Assembly: GCA_963579555.1 (NCBI GenBank) | Contig: CAUZHA010000007.1 | Location: 3,233-67,232, forward strand | DNA: 64,000 nt | Reading direction: 5' to 3' | Origin: Planctomycetes bacterium UBA1146 | GTDB lineage: Bacteria > Planctomycetota > UBA8108 | Part shown: one piece after another, positions 26,171 to 34,700 of the stretch | Numbering within the stretch: position 1 is the first letter of the stretch | Layout: each line of letters begins with the position of its first letter | Notes under the pieces: model-generated | Database searches by the model: none | Seen by the model: only the letters and a program-made list of their open reading frames with translations | What the model was told of the DNA's origin: nothing | Translations under genes and position numbers: made by a program

Positions 26171-26557
26171 TCAGCTGGTTTCCAGATCGAGGAAATCGGC
26201 CAATTGGAGAATCTGGTGAGCCGTGTCCGTGGAAATATTATCCGCGGAATGACCGGCTTTCCGGTTCTTTCGGGTGCTGTTTCCCATTCGCCGGGATTCC
26301 TGCCTGGCACAGGACAAGGCGCCCAGGAGGGTCTCGAGCTGTTCCGGGTCGAGCCGGATGGTTTTCTGGGCGTACCAGCCGATTCCCGGTCCGTAGCTCA
26401 GGTCCTGGATGATGATCTGCTGATGCCCGCCATCGTCGAGCTCAACCCGGACGTCGATCCGGCGCTGTTCATCGATCGAGCCGGGTTGGGGTTGATCGTA
26501 TTTCCTGGCGTTGTCGGCGTCCATGAAGACTCTGCTCTTGTTGAGAGGGGATACCAA
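26171..26557 (-). CDS. Hypothetical protein (possibly DUF3467-like); strand assignment uncertain versus overlapping + ORF 26204..26572
   Basis: High GC3 codon pattern. Segment RLDPEQLETLLGALSCARQE resembles the C-terminal helix of DUF3467-type small proteins. No strong motif. Confidence 0.3.
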   Translation of the reverse strand: MVSPLNKSRVFMDADNARKYDQPQPGSIDEQRRIDVRVELDDGGHQQIIIQDLSYGPGIGWYAQKTIRLDPEQLETLLGALSCARQESRRMGNSTRKNRKAGHSADNISTDTAHQILQLADFLDLETS

Positions 26558-26730
26558 AGGTTTGTTAGGTAAACCAACTATTAGTTTGTATAGCCGAACT
26601 ATGGTTCGGTGGCAACTACTCAGATAGCTTTTTATGGAAAATTATCAGGCCACTTTTTTCCGGGCGTTCGGGGGGGTGGTCTTGCGATCTTCAGTTCTCT
26701 GCGAGAGAATACACGGCCTCATTGCAGGAT

Positions 26731-26807
26731 GGGCGTGTAACTCAATTGGCTAGAGTGCCACCCTTACAAGGTGGAAGTTCCCAGTTCGAGTCTGGGCACG
26801 CCCACCA
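26731..26807 (+). tRNA. tRNA-Val (anticodon TAC)
   Basis: Acceptor GGGCGTG/CACGCCC + A + CCA. D-arm AACTCAATTGGCTAGAGT. Anticodon stem CCACC/GGTGG with loop CTTACAA. T-arm AGTTCGAGTCT. Confidence 0.9.
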
Positions 26808-26839
26808 TTTTTTCTCCAGGCCCTGCCTTCGAGCCGAAC

Positions 26840-28186
26840 TCAGAGACTGTAGCCGGTCTCGGCGTGCTCGGCGAGGTCGAGGCCCTGTTCCTCGTCCTCG
26901 TCGCTGACGCGCAGGCCGACCAGCTTGTCGATCACCCAGAACACCGCGATCGAGGCGGCCAGGGTGTAGACGACGGTGACGCCGCCGCCGATCAACTGAG
27001 CCTTGAGCTGGCCGCCCATTCCAGCGTCAGCTCCGAGGCCGTAGCCGCCGCCGCCGAGAGACTCCGAGGCGAAGACGGCGACCATGACCACTCCGATGAA
27101 GCCGCCGACGCCGTGGACGCCCACCACGTCGAGCGAGTCATCGTAGGCGAAGCGTTTCTTTACGGCGGTCGAGGCGAAATAGCACAGGGCGCCGGAGGTG
27201 AAGCCGATCGCCAGTCCGCCCTCGGGACCGATGAAGCCCGAGGCGGGGGTGACCGCCGCGAGCCCGGCGATGGCGCCGGTGGCGGCGCCAAGGACGCTGG
27301 GCTTGCCGTTGGCTTTCCATTCGATGAGCATCCAGGTGAGCGTCGCTGTCGCCGCGGAGAGGTGGGTGACCAGGAGAGCCATGGCGGCATTCCCGTTGGC
27401 GGCCAGGGCGCTGCCGGCGTTGAAGCCGAACCAGCCGACCCAGAGCATGGCGGCGCCGATGACCGTATAGGTCAGGTTGTGGGGGATCATCTGCGTATCG
27501 GGATAGCCCTTACGCTTACCGACCATGATGCAGGCAACGAGAGCCGCTACCCCGGCGGTGATGTGAACGACGATTCCGCCGGCGAAATCCATGACACCCT
27601 GGGAGGCAAACCAGCCGCCGCCCCATTGCATGTGGCAGATCGGCAGGTAGACCACGATGAGCCAGAGAGCGGAGAAGAGCATCACCGCGATGAATTTCAT
27701 GCGCTCGACAAAGGCGCCGATCACCAGTGCCGGGGTGATGATGGCAAACGTCATCTGGAAGGCGCAGAAGAGGGTCTCGGGGATGGTCGTACCGGGATAA
27801 AGCTGTTCTCTCGCCCCGCCGCCGAGCAGGGCTTTCGACAGGCCGCCGAAGAACTGGTTTCCTTCATCGAAGGCCACGCTGTAGCCGAAGACCACCCAGA
27901 GCACCGAGATCAGCGCAGTCATCGCGAAGCAGTGCATGAGCACCGACAGCACGTTCTTGGTCCGCACCAGTCCGCCGTAGAAGAGCGCCAGGGCCGGGAT
28001 CGTCATGAAGAGTACCAGCGCCGTCGAGACCAGGATCCAGGCGGTGTCTCCGCTGTCAGCTTCCGCGACAGGGACGGGGTCGGCTGCCGACAGGGGGCTT
28101 GCCAGCAGGGTCGCCAGCAACAAGGCGAGAAGCGGCAGGACTGAAAGAGACGAAACAGACGGTCCGAATGGTTTTCTGCTCAGCAT
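26840..28186 (-). CDS. amt: Ammonium transporter (Amt/MEP family)
   Basis: Signal peptide, 11 hydrophobic segments, and the Amt signature DFAGGIVVHITAGVAALVACIMVGKRKGY. Confidence 0.9.
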   Translation of the reverse strand: MLSRKPFGPSVSSLSVLPLLALLLATLLASPLSAADPVPVAEADSGDTAWILVSTALVLFMTIPALALFYGGLVRTKNVLSVLMHCFAMTALISVLWVVFGYSVAFDEGNQFFGGLSKALLGGGAREQLYPGTTIPETLFCAFQMTFAIITPALVIGAFVERMKFIAVMLFSALWLIVVYLPICHMQWGGGWFASQGVMDFAGGIVVHITAGVAALVACIMVGKRKGYPDTQMIPHNLTYTVIGAAMLWVGWFGFNAGSALAANGNAAMALLVTHLSAATATLTWMLIEWKANGKPSVLGAATGAIAGLAAVTPASGFIGPEGGLAIGFTSGALCYFASTAVKKRFAYDDSLDVVGVHGVGGFIGVVMVAVFASESLGGGGYGLGADAGMGGQLKAQLIGGGVTVVYTLAASIAVFWVIDKLVGLRVSDEDEEQGLDLAEHAETGYSL

Positions 28187-28296
28187 TTTTACTCCGCGGC
28201 TTTGGGGATGAAGCTGCAGAGATTATCTGAAAACCGTCCGGTTAAGTCCAGAGGGCTCACCTGAATAGATGAACGCGTTGAGTGCCGCCTCGGCGG

Positions 28297-29358
28297 TCAG
28301 GTGGTGCGTTCTTTTTTCTTAGCCTTTTTCTTCAGGGCCTTCTCGAACTTGAAGAGCCGGTCCTCCATTTCCTCGCGCTGGGTTTCAGGGGCGAGCTTGA
28401 TGGCCTTGCGCTGGGTCTCGACGGCTTCCTTGAGCTTGCCGCTTCGGAAGAGACACTCTCCGAGGGTGTCGAGGATGAAGGCCGCCTCGGGTTGGAGCCT
28501 GGCCGCCTTCCTGGCCAGCTCGAGAGCTCTCCCGAGCTTCTCATCGTGGATCGCCAGGAACCAGGCGTAGTTGTTGAGAAGGGTGGCGTCAGTTTCACCG
28601 ACATGCCTGATGAGGTATTCGCCCACGGCGACCACCTTGGCGACCTCATCTCCATCCTGGTAGGCCCGCATGAGCAGCCTGGCATGGTCGACAACCCCGG
28701 CCTTGTCCTTCTTCTTGTCGAAGTAGGCCTGGAGCCCGGCGATGTCCCTGCTGCGGCTTTTCATGAAGCTCAGCAGGGCCATGCGTCCTTCGGCGACCTC
28801 TCGAATGGCCGAGCCCGCGTCCTTCGCGTCGAGAACTTTTTTGTACAGGGCTTCGGCCTTGGCGTACTGCCGTCGCTCTTCTTCTTTTTTCCCGAGCTCG
28901 ACCGCGACCTCCAGGTTCTTCGGCTCCTGCTCTGCCTTCTTCTTGAGCGCGCCGTAGGATTTTCCGGCGAGGATCGGCTTGATGGCGCTGATGAATTGGT
29001 CGGGAGGGCGGAAGCCGGTGATGCGGTCGAGCTCTTCACCCTTGGCATCGACCACGAGGAGGGTGGGGAAGCCGCGGACGCCGTAGCGCTTGACGATATC
29101 CTTTCCCTCGCCCTTCTCGGCGTTGATCTTGATCGAGACGAAATTCTTGTTCAGCAGGGCGGCGACGTCTTTGTTCGGATAGGTCTCACGGACCAGTACT
29201 TTGCACCATCCTCACCAGTCGGTGTAGAAATCGATGTAGACCAGCTTCTTGCTCTCAGCGGCCTTCTTCAGGGCACTGTCAAAGGAACCATCGGTCCATT
29301 TGACACCTTCAGCGGGAGCGGAGAGGAGCACGGTAGAGAGCAGCAGCGCCAGCGACAT
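28297..29358 (-). CDS. Candidate selenoprotein: periplasmic thioredoxin-fold (UxxC) + TPR protein with in-frame TGA (29212..29214) at the first CxxC position
   Basis: Minus-strand frame from ATG 29358: MSLALLLSTVLLSAPAEG...KKLVYIDFYTDW-[TGA]-GWCKVLVRETYPNKDVAALLNKNFVSIKINAEKGEGKDIVKRYGVRGFPTLLVVDAKGEELDRITGF... It runs in the same frame into ORF 28297..29055, which carries the TPR helices. UGWC replaces the thioredoxin-like CGWC. Confidence 0.6.
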
Positions 29359-29521
29359 GGTTCACCTCACAGGCTATAGTTTCCGATTGACGGTCGGAGC
29401 TCGACCGCTTTGATGATCAGCTTACCTGGCCTGATCCTACCGCCACGGACACGCAGAGGCAATCCATCGCGTGTTTTCGTTGGCTTGTTTTTCCAGTTGC
29501 CCAACGGCCTCAGCGTTTTCA

Positions 29522-31564
29522 TCAGGGATCGCAGGCGGCGGGGCAGCCCTCGATGCCCACGCAATTCGGGCCGAGGGCGTGGGGGCGGCCTCCCTGGAAG
29601 AGATAGGCCAGGGAGGTGATTCCATCGGAAATATCTATCCGGCCATCCCCGTTGGAGTCCATGCCTGCGGGGCAGCCCGGCGGAACCTGGCCAAGGAAGA
29701 GGTAGCCGAAGAGCCCGATGGAGTCGCTGATATCGACATTCGCATCCTGGTTGAAGTCTCCCGGAACCTGTCCGCCGCCACCGGCTTCAGCCGCTTCGGC
29801 CGTGGCTGGGGCTGAAGGCGCCGACTCGTTTCCAGCCAGGTCGACCGCGGTTACGGTGTATTGGTAGGAGATTCCGTTCTCCACGTTGGTGTCGGAGAAC
29901 AGGAACTCGGTGATCTCTGTCGCGAGTAGCTTTCCATCCCGGTAGATGTTGAAGGTCGCCAGGTCCTCGACGAGCTCCATCTCCCAGGTCAGCTCGATGG
30001 AGCCCGCCTGGGCGAAGGCCTCGAGAGCCGTGGGCGGCGGGGGAGGTAGGTCGCCGGCGTTTTCAGCCGTCACCCGCAAGACGAAGTTCCCGACGTTGGC
30101 GTTGTAGCCGTGAACCAGGATGAAATAGACCTGGTCGTCGAGAACCTCCCAGGTGACGCCGGACTGCAACCCGCAGAAGTCGTCGTTGGACCCTGTGCAA
30201 AGCGGCGCATCGCAGTCGCCTTCAAAGATGCTCAGGCGTGTGTCGTAGTCGCTGCCGCAGGTTTCTGCGGTCAAGGTGAATCCATTGAGGCCCTCGACCG
30301 TGTACCAGAGCCCCGGGGCGCTGCTGGCGCCGCAGTTGCTGTTTTCCGCGTCGGGGCGAGCCTCGCTGAAAGTCTGCCCGGTGATCTCGACGATCCCGTT
30401 GATGAGCTCCAATTCGAGCGCTCCCGAACAGAGGTCGTTCTCCTGCATGTCGCAGGCATCGCCGATGCCATCTCCATCGCGGTCCGACTGGTCGACGTTC
30501 GCTTCCGTGGGGCAGTTGTCCTCTTCATCCGGGATTCCATCATTGTCCTGGTCGCCTTCAGCGGGGGGCAGCTGGGCGGTGACGGCCAGGAGATAGCTGC
30601 CCGCGCTGCTTCCGTAGCCATGAACCAGCACGAAGTAGCTGAGTCCCTTCTCGGTGTTCCAGTTGACCATGGACTGCAGGCCGCAGGCATCGTCGTTCTG
30701 GGTTACGCAAAGGGGCGCGTCGCAGTCTCCATCGAAGATGCTCAGGCGGGTATCGTAGTTGCTGCCGCAGGTCTCGGCCCGCATCGGCTGGCCGTTGCCG
30801 ATGATCTCAAACCAGACTCCCGCCGCGGTGCTGGCGCCGCATTCAGCGGTCTCGGGATCGGCCGTGCCGGTGGTTGTCGTTCCGGAAACGGTCGCTGTCA
30901 GGACAGCTCCACCATTGGCGTCAATGGCCTCGGCGAAATCCAGCAGGGTCGAGTCAAGACAGAGGTCATTGGGAGGTACGTCGCAGGCATCTCCAATGCC
31001 ATCCCCGTCTTCATCCTCCTGCCCGGGATTGGCTGTGTTTGGACAATTGTCATCGTCGTTTGCTAACCCGTCGATGTCCGGATCCCGTCCATCTTCAAAG
31101 AAAACCCTCAGTGAATAGACCCCAGCCTCAACCGCGTTGAGGCCGTGAACGAGAATGAAGTAGGTCACCCCATCAGCGGCCTCGAAGCGGACCCGGGCGT
31201 CATCTCCACAGAGATCATCGTTGCTTACCACGCAGCTCAGTTTTTCGCAGTCGCCTCTGAAGATGCTCAGGCGCGAATCAAAAATGCTGCCGCAGGTCTG
31301 GGCGTATACCGGCCGGCCGATTCCCCGCAGGCTGTACCAGACCCCGGGCGAGTCACTCGGTCCGCAGTCGGCATCCTCGGCGCCATCGGTTGCTCCGTTC
31401 GCGGTGTCGCCCTGGGCGGCGAACGGAATCCCGGATTCAAGGACGATGAGCTCGGCATTCTGGCAGAGATCATTCTCCGGTTGCGCGTCGAGGACCCCTG
31501 GCGAGATACAGCAGGCGAACAGGGCGCAGATAAGTGGAAGGCTCGGTAAAGCTCGAATACCCAT
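29522..31564 (-). CDS. Secreted multidomain surface protein: 3x Cys-containing ~110-aa repeat domain, TSP3-like Ca-binding linkers, FN3, C-terminal dockerin-like pair
   Basis: Signal peptide. Three repeats with motifs CG.s...GvWy...TCGS.yDTRLSIF.GDCd...C...NDD.CG...YFILVHGY. Linkers DNCPxxANxxQxDxDGDGIGDACD (thrombospondin type 3-like). FN3 (ELTWE...YQYTVTAVDLAGNES). Dockerin-like DFNQDANVDISD...NGDGRIDISD. Confidence 0.75.
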   Translation of the reverse strand: MGIRALPSLPLICALFACCISPGVLDAQPENDLCQNAELIVLESGIPFAAQGDTANGATDGAEDADCGPSDSPGVWYSLRGIGRPVYAQTCGSIFDSRLSIFRGDCEKLSCVVSNDDLCGDDARVRFEAADGVTYFILVHGLNAVEAGVYSLRVFFEDGRDPDIDGLANDDDNCPNTANPGQEDEDGDGIGDACDVPPNDLCLDSTLLDFAEAIDANGGAVLTATVSGTTTTGTADPETAECGASTAAGVWFEIIGNGQPMRAETCGSNYDTRLSIFDGDCDAPLCVTQNDDACGLQSMVNWNTEKGLSYFVLVHGYGSSAGSYLLAVTAQLPPAEGDQDNDGIPDEEDNCPTEANVDQSDRDGDGIGDACDMQENDLCSGALELELINGIVEITGQTFSEARPDAENSNCGASSAPGLWYTVEGLNGFTLTAETCGSDYDTRLSIFEGDCDAPLCTGSNDDFCGLQSGVTWEVLDDQVYFILVHGYNANVGNFVLRVTAENAGDLPPPPPTALEAFAQAGSIELTWEMELVEDLATFNIYRDGKLLATEITEFLFSDTNVENGISYQYTVTAVDLAGNESAPSAPATAEAAEAGGGGQVPGDFNQDANVDISDSIGLFGYLFLGQVPPGCPAGMDSNGDGRIDISDGITSLAYLFQGGRPHALGPNCVGIEGCPAACDP

Positions 31565-31746
31565 TACAGGCTCCTTCGCTGGGAAATGGATTTGTTTCAG
31601 CAGGAGCCCCTATTTTACCAAGTGATTTTTCCGTCTGCACTCTTGTTGGAGATGCGGAGCATAAAAAAAGAGAGGCCCGGATCCCTTGGGATCCGGGCCT
31701 CTCAGGTGACAAGGAGCGCTCTCGCGTTCCCCGTTACAGCGAGCTG

Positions 31747-34700
31747 TTACTCAGCACAGGTCGCCGTGTCACACCCTTGCGAAACGTCGCCGACGTCCGT
31801 GGTGCGACCACAGGTCGCGGGAGCCGGGTGGTCAGCACCACCGAGGAACAGCCACCTCAGGGTGTAGCTGGGGTCGGAGATGTTGACGCTTCCGTCCTGG
31901 TTGGCGTCGGCAGCCGCCAGGCATGGCGGGTCGCCGCCACCGAGGAACAGCCAGTTCAGCGTGGCGCTCGGGTCGGAGATGTTCACAGTTCCATCTCCAT
32001 TGGAGTCGCCGCGGGCGAACGGACCGATACCCGGATCGAAAGGCGTAGCTTCTGCCGCGCTCGAAGCATCCGACTCGTTACAGGAGTCAGAGGCCGTGAC
32101 GGTGTAGCTGTAGGTGGTGTCGTTAACGGCGGTGTCGTCAACATAGGAACTCTCGGTGAGTCCCGAAGCCAACTCGGCGCCATCTCTGCTGACGGTGTAG
32201 CTGGCCAGATCAGCCGCACCGCTGTCATCCCAGTCGAGGCTGACCTGGTTGTCGCCCTCAACGGCCGCGAGGCCGGAAGGAGCGCCAGGAGCTTCGACAT
32301 CGGAGCTGACACTGTAGCTGGTCGAACCAAGGCTCGGCCTGTAGGTCTGGCCTCTCCAGGTGACAACCGACTGTACCGGACGACCGCCTCCGACAAGGCC
32401 GTTGACGACATCGAGGCTGACGGTTGCGGCATCAGCGCCATCAGGATTGGTGCTTTCGACAGTCACCGTAGCGACTGAGGAGCTGCCATCCGCGGCCAGC
32501 GAAACAGGCTGAGTGAAGGAAATGATGACGGCCGTAATGGCTCCATCATTTCCAGCTCCCGAGGTGAGCTCGGAGAGCTCGAAGCCACCGTCGATCAGGC
32601 CGCCGGCATCGGTGCCATCGGTCGAGATCGCGGTGATCGAACCGCCGCTTGCGGTAACGCCCAGTGAGTAGCTCTGGGCTCCCTCGTCGGAGGGGTTGTC
32701 GCTGGTCACGAGGACGACATCGACATTAGCCGAGCTGGTAGCTCCCGCACAACCGCCACTTTGGTCGGCAGCGCCGGAGAACTCGTAAGCGAAGGTCGGG
32801 TTCGGAGCCACTCCGGCACCGAGCTCGTACAGGGTGATGTTGGCGACTTCCTGGTCGGCCGTGGCGCCACCGGTTCCGCCGGTGAAACCAATGATCAGGT
32901 CGCCGGTGAGCGGCACCACATGGCTGTCGACCACCACCAGCTCATCGTTGAGCGTGACAGTGACGTGCCCGTTGGGCGCGTACTTGACGGCTACGTGGAC
33001 GCCATCCTCGGTGAAGAGGCTCGGCAGGTCGCCGGCTCCGACTCCGAGGTCCATGTTCGTCGCGACATGCGCGTTGACCATGGTGTTGGCAAGAAGTCCG
33101 ACGTGGTAGCTGCAGTCGTTGTTCGGCGAACCGCCGGTGGCCGGATCAAATCCGCCCACCCAGTTGTCGAACTCGACCGAGAAGCTACCGTGGCCTTCGG
33201 TGCGCTGCAGGAGCGCGTTGCCCCACAGGCCCTCAGCGCCGCCGCCGTCTCCACGCAGGGAGTCGAGGGCGAGGTCGGCCGGGAAGGCGCCCATCGGGTC
33301 GCCGGTTCCGCCAGCCTCGATCATCGTGACGGTGAAACCATCAGCGGGGTTCGGGTCGGCACCGGGGTCACAGCCGACCGGTCCCATGAACGCGTCGAAC
33401 TCGAGCACGAAGCCCGAGCTCAGGTCCAGGGGCTGGGGCAGCCAGACCGCGTTGGCCGAGCCGCCGACGGCGTTCGAAGTGATACGGAGGTGACCGTTGT
33501 CGAGCACCTCGGGACGGTATCCACCGCCCTGGACGACAACCAGGCCGCTGTCGGCGGGGTCGCCGGCGGCGAGGTCGAGGGGGCCGATCTCGTCGCCGCG
33601 AACACTCTCGTCGGCGCCGGGATCATAGGCCTCGATCGAGACCTGGTCGAAGACCGCACTGCCGACATCGCCGGAGTGGTTGGTCAGGGCGAGTCCGACG
33701 AGCAGGGTGTCGGGACGATCCGGATGGGAGTCGCCGCCAATCGTCTGCCACTGGATCGGGTCGCCATTCTCATCCTCGAACGCGAGCTGCGTCTGGATGA
33801 GGGCTCCGACACGGTACATACGCATCCAGGTGGGACGGCGGTTGACCCGCTGTCCGGCGTCCGGATCAAAGCCCGCGAGGGCTCCGTCGTCGACCTGGTA
33901 GTTGTCGCTGCTCGATCCGTTCTCCCCTTGGTTCTGCCGCCATGAGTGGCGGGGAAGATCAATCTCAGCTTCGTTAACTCCGGAGAGATTGGTCTGGATC
34001 ATCGAGTAGCGGGCGTTGGAGTGACAGGTCTGGCGGGCCATAAGGCCGTGCTTACCCCAGCGTCCACTCGCTCCATCGATACGGTCGGCAATGTGGGCCG
34101 TCGCGACGAAGTTACCCGTGACCGCCTTGTAGGCGAACGCGAAGTGATCTCCGCCGTTCCAGATGTCGGAACCGTTGGCTTCGACGGTGTAGCTGTCGCT
34201 GTCAGCGTCGTAGGTGACTCCGCCCTGGTTCGCATCTCCAATGAGGTGCGAGTTGTCGAAGTCGCCGATCGGACCCGTCGCGTCGGCCGCGAAGGGAACG
34301 CCGCTGATACCGTCAACGGGAGTCGGTCCGCCACCGAGGTCGAAGGTACCGCTGGCGCTCGAAGAGCCGCTGTCGGAATAGGCGAGCGTATAGCTCAGTC
34401 CCGCGTTCACGTCCGCGACGGTGGTTTCCCACACGATGCTCACGCTGGTGGTGACCTCTTCATCTGTGGGTGAGAAGATCTCAACCTCGGCGAGGCTCAG
34501 GAACGCCTCTGGAATCGAGACGCGGACAATCTGTCCATCAGCGTCAACATCGGGAACAGTAAAGTTCACGGCGCTGTTGGCGTTGAGGCCGGCGCTCTCG
34601 AAGACCACGTTGCGGTCGATATCGAGGACCTGGACCGTGAAGTTGGCCAGCCGCTCGCTGCAGCAGTCCAGACGGTTCCAGAGCCTGATCGATTCGATGT

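Noticed and set aside
26771-28144. 457-aa + ORF opposite the ammonium transporter
   Set aside because: Antisense to a canonical Amt gene. The product is G/D/E/A-rich low complexity.
28282-29379. 365-aa + ORF spanning the selenoprotein/TPR locus
   Set aside because: Antisense to the minus-strand frame, which yields a signal peptide, a thioredoxin motif and TPR helices. The + product is L/E/G-rich with no motif.
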